From Squalus acanthias (taxonomy: Eukaryota): a stretch of DNA of 64,000 bases. Where the stretch lies: positions 138,384,001 to 138,448,000 of the forward strand of contig CM059429.1 of assembly GCA_030390025.1 (NCBI GenBank). Direction: 5' to 3'. The notes below the pieces were generated by a model. That model ran no database searches and was not told where the DNA came from. It saw only the letters and a program-made list of their open reading frames with translations. The translations under genes were made by a program, and so were the position numbers. Shown here one piece after another: positions 53,600 to 63,977 of the stretch (position 1 is its first letter; each line of letters begins with the position of its first letter).

Positions 53600-53697
53600 T
53601 TACATAGGAATTTGAACACAGATCACTGCCGTCAGTAATAAACTCATTCCCACAAAGAAGATGAGGTAGCGTATGATTACTGGGACGGAACGGCCAT
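53600..53697 (-). CDS. IgSF copy 1 transmembrane exon (DGRSVPVIIRYLIFFVGMSLLLTAVICVQIPM*)
   Basis: CAG acceptor, phase-1 in frame with C1, ~22 hydrophobic residues containing Arg, TAA three bases before a G|GTAAGT donor. Not in the ORF track because it is short. Confidence 0.75.
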
Positions 53698-56600
53698 CTG
53701 TAACTAGAGTACATAGGGTGAGGTCACCCTTCTGTTATAATAGCTTGACAACCTGTTAATGCACTCCTAAGAAATTATTTTGCTCCTTTATTTTTTAACT
53801 GAGGCATTTTAACTGGGTTAACACTTTATCAAAATAACAAATTCAGGTCTGTCATAGATACTTTCAGTGGCTTCAGTCTCCCCCCTAAGTGATCTGAGCA
53901 TCTCCTAATGGAGTTGACTCATGCTACCCTATATCTACTTGTATAATAGCATAACCCAGGATGTAACAATAGTATCCGTTCGTGATCTGAACTTGATATT
54001 TCTTTTATGGGTGCTTCTTTAATCCTAAAGCGGATCAAGCAAACACTTGGTGTGAGACAAGGCCAGATACAAATCGTAAAGCTGCTTTATGACATAGTAA
54101 GGAGAGCAACCGATATGTTTTGATTCACTTAATTAAATCAGTTCAACTTATCTTCACGTATCAAAAGGCTGCCTTACTGACTTTTTAAACACAATGCCTT
54201 CTCATCCTCTAGCATTTCTAAACTCTGTCAGCGAAAGCTCTTGCAGCTTTCTGTTTAAAAACCTGACCGACTGCCAGTGTCTCTGTCTCTGCTTTTATCT
54301 CCCTTTGTTCAGAGATCAAAAATGGTCAAATAGTTTCAATGCGACACACTCCAACAGAGATGATTAGACATCGAACAGGACACTAATTTGCAGGTCTTCA
54401 GCATCTCAATCATCAACCAGTCAATCTGACTGACTGTGTATGATTTACAGCTCCGAAGAATCGGATATAGGAAGATGGAAAAACTTAAAATACTGGTCCA
54501 AAAAATCATTTAAACAGATTTATATTTTTATACTATAAATTACATTAATCTGACCATTCTGTATTAACCAAAATCCTGTGATTCAGCATATTACTGCACA
54601 TCATTATACTGAAACAGGCATTTGAAAAGTTCATAATTTTTGTCTTTGTAATTTATGTCTTATAGATTAACAGCATATGTCAATGTGTTGTTTGAGTTTG
54701 TAGATACCAATAGCACTGTGCAGATAAAGTTGTGACTTTAAATGGAGAAACAGTTGTTCTCCCTGTACATGGGCCCTAAATCTTAAAAAAAATAAAGGGT
54801 CTGTATGGTTACCCATTAATACAATTGTAATCCCCAGCTCTAAATGATGTTTAGAATGATGTTTTTCAACTTAAATTTAATTAACATTTGTGTCTAAAAA
54901 CTATTACATTAATATTCACATTTTAATTAGATTAAAATTAGAATGTCATTTTACGTTGTATTCTAAATAGACTTACAGGTAGCACTGGTAGTATATGAGG
55001 TGACCGGGTTAAACATTAATTATTATCTGGGAGGACTTTTATGATTTTTGATTGATTGGATATTATGCAAGTATTACTTGGAACTGATCTTACTAGAAAT
55101 GCTACAATTGTCCTTTTTACAGAATATGTAAATCACAGCAGTAATATTTTATGAATGCAATTGGTTAAGAGCAGTTAGATGCAAAGGAAGACAGTGCACA
55201 CGGATTGGAGTGATTTGTTCTTTTCTGGCTACAATAAGTAAATAAACTAGGACATAATTTTTGACTATAAATGCTCTCACTGTTATGATTAGAGCAAAGC
55301 AATAGAAAATGTCCATCAAACGGTATGTTTATCTCTCGTTAGGGGTCATTTAAAATGCCCTGTTCCACGCTGTACTTTAATATTGATACATAGTGAAGTA
55401 TGTATCAAACACCACACACACATGGCTTATTAAAATAACGCTAGCCCTACACTTAGAATTCAGACGGTAAAACTTGGGACATTTCACAAATATGCTGTGT
55501 TTAGCGATACAATTTCATCTTTTCATAGATCCAGTCAAATACTTCGGAGTGCAAATGTTATCTAGATATTTCTGATGAAGATCGACCTGAAATACATTTT
55601 AACAAAGTCACAGTACATTTCTGATTTTTTTAAATGCAGATTAGTTTTAAACAAGTTTGTCGTCTGTACTGACTTGTATCTCTTTTATATAAAAAGCTTG
55701 CGTATCCGCTCGCTAATGGGAATCGCCGTTAAAAACCTATTACCTTCCTACAGACACCATTATTGTATAGACAACTCGACCTGATCAACTCTCATGGCAG
55801 TAGCCCTTCCTTGAATCAAACTGTAGCACACAACGACTTGTTTATGTCTAATAAAGTGTGTGTATCAATTTTACCGTCTGTGCGTCATCCATGCCTTTGT
55901 TACCTCTAGACTTGACTATTCCAACGCACTCCTGGCTGGCCTCCTACATTCTACCCTACGTAAACTTGAGGTCATCTAAAACTCGGCTGCCCGTGCCCTA
56001 ACTCGCACCAAGTCCCGTTCACCCATCACCCCTGTGCTCACTGACCTACACTGGCTCCCAGTTAAACAACGCCTCGATTTCAAAATTTTTATCCTTGTTT
56101 TCAAATCCCTCCATGGCCTCGCCCCTCCCTATCTCTGTAATCTCCTCCAGCCCCACAACCCCGAGATACCTGCGCTCCTCTAATTCTGCCCTCTTGAGCA
56201 TCCCTGATTATAATTGCTCAACCATCGGTGACCATGCCTTCTGTTCCCTAGGCCCAAAGCTCTGGAATTCCCTGCCTAAATCTCTCCTCCTCTCTACCTC
56301 TCTTTCCTCCTTTAAGACGATCCTTAAAACCTACCTCTTTAACCAAGCTTTTGGTCACCTGCCCTAATTTCTCCTTATGTGGCTTGGTGTTAAATTGTTT
56401 GTCTTGTAACACTCCTGTGAGGCGCCTTGGGACGTTTTACTATGTTAAAGGCGCTATAGAAATACAAGTTGTTGGTGTTGCCTGACTCCAATACTTACTA
56501 TTGTGCCATTTCCATTTATGCATAAAACAACTTCTGGCATTCCACTGGTTGGATGTGGAGTAACTGGGAGCAGCTTTATTCCCTTTGTCAACAACTTACC

Positions 56601-58556
56601 TCCGCTGTCACCGAAACTTTTCCTCACTGACCCTTTCAGTGTAACGTGTTGAACCTGACAGGTGACGGCGGTTCCCGGGTCCCAGAGAGTGTCTGTAATC
56701 CGCAGCCGGGAGCTCAGGTTGAAGGTGCCGTCACTGTTTACTGTCAGGGAGTCCGGTTCTATTTGATAGGAGACATCTCCCGCTACAATCCAAGAAATGT
56801 TCAGACCTCTCGGGAAAAATCCCGCCGCCACACAAGTCAGAGACTCAATCCCAACAACTTCATTCTCGGGATCCGCAGAGAGATAGACTTCAGGTTTCGC
56901 TAAATAAACATTAAAATATCACAAGTTATATCAAAGCAAATATATAGAGAGCAACTGTAGATTAAACTCGTGCATATATGATACTAAATGGGAAATTATA
57001 TGATTTGATTAGATTATGTCTCAATATACAAATCACAAGATACCTATAATAAAATATAACACATGTACCCGAATGAAATACGAGCCAGAATAATATCCCG
57101 TGACTTTACAATAAGTTTCGTTCGCTTTGTTTTTCTTTGGACCAATAGCAAGAAAATTAAATGAAGTGACTATGCTTATTTCACAAAATCAGTGTCGCTA
57201 TTTGCAATTCGCTTGTTATAGAAATAATATCCCGCTGTTAGAATAGAATCGGACAGCACAGAAGGAGGCCATCCGCCCATCGTGCCTGTGCCGGCTCTTT
57301 GAAAGGGCTGTCCAATTAGTCCCGCTCCCCTGTTCTTTCCCCATGGCATTGCAATGTTTTTTCTTTTTCAAGTATTTATCCAGTATTGGTATCAGCATTC
57401 TATAATTTTGTCTTTTGGATGTTTTTCTTCAAACCAAGTGTTTTTTAAACTATATGAAAGTGTCTGCTGTTTAATGGATATTGTGGAATTAAAGTTAAAC
57501 GCTGGTGTATTCAGTCCAGTCCCCAGTGCACAGAGTATGTCAGTCCCAGATTAGATATGTGTGTGGAGCGAGTTCTGATTCCTTTGCCCCAATACATTGA
57601 ACTATTTCAGTTTTGATGCGGAGATGCCGGTGTTGAACTGAGGTGGACAAAAGTGAGAAGTCGCACAACACCAGGTTATAGTCCAACAGTTTTATTTGAA
57701 ATCACAAGCTTTCGGAGCGCTGCTCTTTCGTCACTTCACCTGACAAAGGAGCAGCCGTTCCGAAAGCTTGTGATTTCAAATAAAACTGTTGGACTATAAC
57801 CTGGTGTTGTGCGACTTCTCACTTTTATTTCAGTTTTGGTTCATCTAATTACCTTGGATGTTCAGTTCTGTTCCCTCTCCTGTAAATTCTTTCCAGGGCC
57901 GAGGCTCCTCTCTAAGAACCAGGCAGTGGTAAGTGTCGGAATCGTCCACAATCACCTCCCGGATGATAAGCGAGCCCTCAGATAGAGACACACGAGAGCT
58001 TTTATTGAGGGCATTCCTAGTTTTGTTGCCTCTGATGCCAGGATTGTCTCTTGCCCTAAACCAATAATATCTCACCGAATCCAGCCGCTCCTCTCCGGGT
58101 AACAGGGTGCAATTGATCCGAGCTGTCTGTCCTCTCAGGAGGGACAGAGCTAAAGGAGACTGGATCACTTTCAGACCGACAGCAGGCCCTGGGACATAAA
58201 ATGACAACAAGTAGGAACATGACATTCAAATTATCTGAGTCCAACTAGAATAACTGTCACGATAGCAAAATACTGCAGATGCTGGAAATCCGAAATAACA
58301 ACAGAAAACGCTGGAAAAACTCAGCAGGCCAGGCAGCATCCGTAGAGAGAGAAAGAGAGTTGACGTTTCAGGTCGATGAAAGGTCATCGACCTGAAACGT
58401 CAACTCTCTTTCTCTCTCTACGGATGCTGCCTGGCCTGCTGAGTTTTTCCAGCGTTTTCTGTTGTTATTTAGAATAACTGTCAACTGGGGTAAGAGTAAA
58501 TGCTTACCTAAGACAAGGAGCCAGAGTTTGAGAACAATGTTTCTAAATGGAGCCAT
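53600..58556 (-). CDS. Non-rearranging VJ-C1-TM IgSF receptor gene, copy 1 (PRARP/NCR3/SIRP-like), 4 coding exons, 260 aa
   Basis: Leader, V, C1 and TM exons all join with phase-1 GT-AG introns (49+336+300+98 = 783 nt). Confidence 0.85.
55885..56480 (+). mobile_element. L2 LINE 3' end in the C1-TM intron
   Basis: HAFVTSRLDYSNALLAGL..LTDLHWLPVKQRLDFKI..GPKLWNSLP..FKTILKTYLF. Confidence 0.85.
56600..56899 (-). CDS. IgSF copy 1 C1-set exon
   Basis: AKPEVYL..LTCVAAGFFPRGLNISW..NSDGTFNLSSRLRI..W....VTCQVQHVTL; C1-set hallmarks (GFxP, NxDGTF, CxVxH). Confidence 0.93.
57616..57825. mobile_element. Family A palindromic Penelope-like insertion in the V-C1 intron (copy at ~63310-63519)
   Basis: Inverted arms; TSD TATTTCAGTTTTG at 57603-57615 and 57826-57838; hammerhead core mutated (CTGACAA). 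Confidence 0.75.
57853..58188 (-). CDS. IgSF copy 1 V-set exon with in-exon J-like G strand
   Basis: VIQSP..ARINC..YYWFR..GSLIIREVIVDDSDTYHC..EFTGEGTELNIQ; canonical Cys/Trp/D-x-x-x-Y-x-C and GxGT motifs. Confidence 0.93.
58260..58469. mobile_element. Family B palindromic insertion in the leader-V intron of IgSF copy 1 only
   Basis: Near-perfect hairpin; 14-bp TSD TAGAATAACTGTCA at 58246-58259 and 58470-58483; empty site visible in copy 2 (~63940-63953). Confidence 0.9.
58508..58556 (-). CDS. IgSF copy 1 leader exon (MAPFRNIVLKLWLLVL-G)
   Basis: ATG, hydrophobic signal peptide, G|GTAAGC phase-1 donor. Confidence 0.85.
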
Positions 58557-60002
58557 ATTGCTGAAGAAAGCACCGAGTCACCGGTTGGTTAGACCTGTTG
58601 GCTGGTCTAAAGAATATTAAGATCGCTGGGAGATTATTGTGGTTGTAGCGCACAGTGCGTCACATCACACCGGCTGCTGGTTACCTGCACCTCAGGGGCC
58701 GGTGCCCAGGGGTCCCAGTAAAGCCCACCCTTCAACTGCTGGATTAGTTTCATTTAAGCATAGCATATTGTGATATGATTTACTTTATTATCAATGCAGT
58801 GTGTAAACATTCTGGGTCTATTTCTTCCTGGATTTTACTACATGTTTGTGTTTTAATGGATGGGGGTATTGTTGGGGTGTGGAGGGCCCCCATGTTTTTG
58901 ATGGCCATGGCCCCAAGAATTCTTACTCTGGCTCTGTATTCAGTCTCCTTCAGCTTTATCGCCCTCTGTCAGACCAACAGCAGGCACTGTTAAATTAAAA
59001 TTACAAGTGAATAAAGCTAAGGGAAGCTGAAAACTGCACAGAACTGCAGTAAATAGTTTTTTTTCAAATGAAAATGAAAGCTGACCAAAGGCAATGGAGT
59101 AGAATTGAAGAATCTCGGTCGCTAGAAATTCAAATGCTGACCAAGTTGTTGATCGGAGGCAGTCAACTTGAAATTGAAGTTTACTAAAGTGATCAAGTAC
59201 ATCACCTCACAACACTGCAACCTGTTTCTAAAAACACGCCAAGCAGTTCAGTGTAATTTTGTTAAATGCAGGAATAGAATATTTTTAATTTTAGATGAAC
59301 AATCATTTACTTAAGTAGGTGAGAAAGCTACTTTAATTATTTTTATTCATGCTCGGGATGTGGGCATCACTGGCAAGGCTGGTATTTCTAGTCCGTGGGA
59401 CAACTTTCCCAATTTTGGCACAAGTCCCCAGATGTTAGCGAGGAGGAATTTGCAGGGTCAACTGGGCTGGATGTGCCGTTGTTGTGTTCGAAACGGATGC
59501 CTAGGTCGATGCCGGATGGTCCGTCAGGTTTTATTCCTCTACGTGTTTGTCGCAGTTCAATACAACGGAATGGCTTGCTAGGCCATTTCAGAGGGCAATT
59601 AAGAGTCAGCCACATTGCGGTTGGTCTGGAGTCACATATAGGCTAGATTGGGTAAGGACGGCAGGTTTCCTTCCCTGATTGACGTTAGTGAAAAATTTTC
59701 TTCGTAAAGCAATTTTTTTTTTTTAATTACCATTTCTGATTGCAGCATAACCCTTTGAACCATGAGGTGGTGGCACAGTGGTATACAGTCGGCAAGGAGT
59801 GGCCCTGGGAGTCCTCAACATTGACTCTGGACTCCATAAAATCTAATGGCAGCAGGTCAAACATGGGCAAGGAAACCTCCTGCTGATTACCACCTACCGC
59901 CCTGACTCAGCTGATGAATCTGTACTCCTCCATGTTGAACACCACTTGGAAGAAGCACTGAGGCAAGGGCACAGAATATACTTCAATGTCCATTGACTCC
60001 AT

Positions 60003-61695
60003 GGCCACGATTTCCCCTACTTGGGTGGGTCCGTGGTGAGCCCCGGCCTCGCTGCTGGCTCCAGCCCGCTGTCCATAATGATTTTCCCCTGATTGGGCTT
60101 GTTGAACCCATCCAGCGCATTTGCCGGCCAATTGAAGGAATTTGATGACGCGTCATCAGCCGGTTTCCTTAAAGAGACCATGAGCAAATTTATTTTGACA
60201 GTTGTGCTGTCTGTGTTTTACAGCATTGAGGTGCTGCAAGCACTGACCAGCACTGCACAGAGGTGCACAGCTGCACCCAGGCTCTCCCACAGCATGCAGG
60301 GAGGTTCTCTTCCCTTCCAATGGGCGGAAGAGACCGCCCCAGGAGACCAACGCAGCCTGGTTGCACATTCCACAGGAGGACACAAGCAGGGATGTCGTCA
60401 GGAGGACCAGGCTACAGTGGCGCAAACCTTTCAATGATCTCAGTAGATTACGAAACGTTACTGCAAAGCCACACTCAACCTCATCCTGCTGTGCCACTCA
60501 TCACACCCCCATCACTCTGCCTTCCCTACCCTACTCCTGCACATCCTTACTCACACCAACTTACCTTGCACCTCCACCCATCCCTCTCTTATTTACATTA
60601 TTACTTCCCCATCTCACTAGCCACCCCTCACACTCGCCCACATCCTAGTCCAATCAAACCAACTAACAACATACAAGGGTAGGCACTTGGGTGTTTTATG
60701 CAATGTTCATGTAAAGTTTCTATTAATGTGGTGTCATTGAAAGCTTTATTTTCAGCAATTTGCATTCTTGGACAAATCTGTGTGCACCTTTGGAAGTGGC
60801 TTAGTGAATTGCAGTGAATGGTGAGACATAACGGTAATCCCTGCAATGGTGATGAGTGTGAAAGGAATGGCTTGGTCATTGTAGGGATGCTTTATGGTGT
60901 TGGTGTGGGGTGGTGCCAACCTGGCACATCATGTGGCAGCCATATGGGTGTACAGCGTAAAGTGAAGTAAATCTGGCTATGGTGAGGCCATCCCTGGCCT
61001 CCCGGGCAGCAATGTGGTCGGGTGCTGATGCCCTGTGTCCTGTGCAGCATCAGTTGATTGCGGAGAAGGTTGGTGGTGCTGCTGGTGTGCCTGGTGATGT
61101 TGGTGTTGGGGCTGATCGTGGTGGGATTCAGAGCACCAAGGTGAGGTAGTTTCAAGGGCACTGATGCTGATGTAATAGATGGCAGGTGAACTTGAAATGA
61201 CCGAAGCGATCTGTTAATGTTGAAAGAGGTTGTTTCAATGAGGTGACACTGGATAGAGAGTTTACTCCAAACACTTGCAACCTACATCAATCTGGCTTCC
61301 AAATGCAGTAAGCAACAGCTTCTGAACTTGGAAAGTGAACAGCTGTGAGATGGGAGCTTTTATAGCACATTTGCAGCTGCCAAGTAATGAGATGATTCCA
61401 CGGCCATTCAACTCCAGCCCTGCTTACCTGACGTGATCCCCGAGCAGCGAGAGCACCGTGGGCAACCTCGTAAAATGTAAAGGTGTGCTTAAATACTTCT
61501 TAATGTGTTGTTAACAAGGTCATAATGACCTGAATTACCTCCCCCGTTGCTGCGTGTCAGGTCTGTTCAGTGCTGACAGACCCGACATCTGGGAAAGGTG
61601 CGTGGCAGCGGGTTGACACCGGGGCCCCGACACGCTGTTGAAAAAAAACATTTTCCCACCTGACTCGCCACTGATCGCGCCCACTGACCACCCAA
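60003..61695 (+). mobile_element. Related Harbinger-like element, right terminus truncated where the L2 fragment begins
   Basis: Inverted homolog of 16331-18414 ([20 protein letters not shown]); the last ~12 nt of the TIR are missing at 61695. Confidence 0.6.
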
Positions 61696-62177
61696 ACTCG
61701 CACCAAGTCCCATTCACCCATCTCCCCTGTGCTCGCTGACCTACATTGGCTCCCAGTTAATCAGCGCCTCGATTTCAAAATTCTCATCCTTCTTTTCAAA
61801 TCCCTCCATGTCCTCGCCCCTCCCTATCTCTGTAATCTCCTTCAGCCCCACAACCCACCAAGATATCTGCGCTCCTCTAATTCTGCCCTCTTGAGCATCC
61901 CTGATTATAATTGCTCAACCATCGGTGACCATGCCTTCTGTTCCCTAGGCCCTAAGCTCTGGAATTCCCTGCCTAAATCTCTCCTCCTCTCTACCTCTCT
62001 TTCCTTCTTTAAGACGATCCTTAAAACCTACCTCTTTAACCAAGCTTTTGGTCACCTGCCCTAATTTCTCCTTATGTGGCTTGGTGTTAAATTGTTTGTC
62101 TTGTAACACTCCTGTGAGGCGCCTTGGGACGTTTTACTATGTTAAAGGCGCTATAGAAATACAAGTTGTTGGTGTTG
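61696..62177 (+). mobile_element. L2 LINE 3' end (apparently chimeric) at the duplication breakpoint
   Basis: ORF 61729-62064 LHWLPVNQRLDFKIL..; 5' part diverged from 56001, 3' part near-identical. Confidence 0.85.
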
Positions 62178-62296
62178 CCTGACTCCAATACTTACTATTG
62201 TGCCATTTCCATTTATGCATAAAACAACTTCTGGCATTCCACTGGTTGGATGTGGAGTAACTGGGAGCAGCTTTATTCCCTTTGTCAACAACTTAC

Positions 62297-62596
62297 CTCC
62301 GCTGTCACCGAAACTTTTCCTCACTGACCCTTTCAGTGTAACGTGTTGAACCTGACAGGTGACGGCGGTTCCCGGGTCCCAGTGAGTGTCTGTAATCCGC
62401 AGCCGGGAGCTCAGGTAGAAGGTGCCGTCACTGTTTCCTGTCAGGGAGTCCGGTTCTATTTGATAGGAGACATCTCCCGCTACAATCCAAGAAATGTTCA
62501 GACCTCTCGGGAAAAATCCCGCCGCCACACAAGTCAGAGACTGAATCCCAACAACTTCATTCTCGGGATTCGCAGAGAGATAGACTTCAGGTTTCG
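62297..62596 (-). CDS. IgSF copy 2 C1-set exon
   Basis: 295/300 identical to the copy 1 C1 exon; splice sites intact. Confidence 0.9.
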
Positions 62597-63546
62597 CTAA
62601 ATAAACATTAAAATATCACAAGTTATATCAAAGCAAATATATAGAGAGCAACTGTAGATTAAACTCGTGCATATATGATACTAAATGGGAAATTATATGA
62701 TTTGATTAGATTGTCTCAATATACAAATCACAAGATACCTATAATAAAATATAACACATGTACCCGAATGAAATACGAGCCAGAATAATATCCCGTGACT
62801 TTACAATAAGTTTCGTTCGCTTTGTTTTTCTTTGGACCAATAGCAAGAAAATTAAATGAAGTGACTATGCTTATTTCACAAAATCAGTGTCGCTATTTGC
62901 AATTCGCTTGTTATAGAAATAATATCCCGCTGTTAGAATAGAATCGGACAGCACAGAAGGAGGCCATCGGCCCATCGTGCCTGTGCCGGCTCTTTGAAAG
63001 GGCTGTCCAATTAGTCCCGCTCCCCTGTTCTTTCCTCATGGCATTGCAATGATTTTCCTTTTCAAGTATTTATCCAGTATTGGTATCAGCATTCTATAAT
63101 TTTGTCTTTTGGATGTTTTTCTTCAAACCAAGTGTTTTTTAAACTATATGAAAGTGTCTGCTGTTTAATGGATATTGTGGAATTAAAGTTAAACGCTGGT
63201 GTATTCAGTCCAGTCCCCAGTGCACAGAGTATGTCAGTCCCAGATTAGATATGTGTGTGGAGCGAGTTCTGATTCCTTTGCCCCAATACATTGAACTATT
63301 TCAGTTTTGATGCGGAGATGCCGGTGTTGAACTGAGGTGGACAAAAGTGAGAAGTCGCACAACACCAGGTTATAGTCCAACAGTTTTATTTGAAATCACA
63401 AGCTTTCGGAGCGCTGCTCCTTCGTCACTTCATCTGACAAAGGAGCAGCCGTTCCGAAAGCTTGTGATTTCAAATAAAACTGTTGGACTATAACCTGGTG
63501 TTGTGCGACTTCTCACTTTTATTTCAGTTTTGGTTCATCTAATTAC

Positions 63547-63882
63547 CTTGGATGTTCAGTTCTGTTCCCTCTCCTGTAAATTCTTTCCAGGGCCGAGGCT
63601 CCTCTCTAAGAACCAGGCAGTGGTAAGTGTCGGAATCGTCCACAATCACCTCCCGGATGATAAGCGAGCCCTCAGATACAGACACACGAGAGCTTTTATT
63701 GAGGACATTCCTAGTTTTGTTGCCTCTGATGCCAGGATTGTCTCTTGTCCTAAACCAATAATATCTCACCGAATCCAGCCGCTCCTCTCCGGGTAACAGG
63801 GTGCAATTGATCCGAGCTGTCTGTCCTCTCAGGAGGGACAGAGCTAAAGGAGACTGGATCACTTTCAGACCGACAGCAGGCC
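63547..63882 (-). CDS. IgSF copy 2 VJ exon
   Basis: 333/336 identical to the copy 1 V exon; splice sites intact. Confidence 0.9.
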
Positions 63883-63977
63883 CTGGGACATAAAATTACA
63901 ACAAGTAGGAACATGACATTCAAATTATCTGAGTCCAACTAGAATAACTGTCAACTGGGGTAAGAGTGAATGCTTAC

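Larger units (their letters stand above)
56001..58530. repeat. Segmental duplication unit A (duplicated at 61696-64000+)
   Basis: Near-identical to 61696-64000 at an offset of ~5.7 kb, apart from a 224-bp insertion in A. Confidence 0.95.

Noticed and set aside
54812-54838. 27-nt AG..GT phase-compatible mini-exon (ELGITIVLM) between C1 and TM, a possible connecting peptide
   Set aside because: Poor polypyrimidine tract, weak donor, hydrophobic and Cys-less; unsupported without cDNA.
58651-58690. CACAGTG heptamer upstream of the IgSF leader, possible RSS
   Set aside because: No ACAAAAACC-like nonamer at 12 or 23 bp spacing, and it is not adjacent to a V, D or J coding end.
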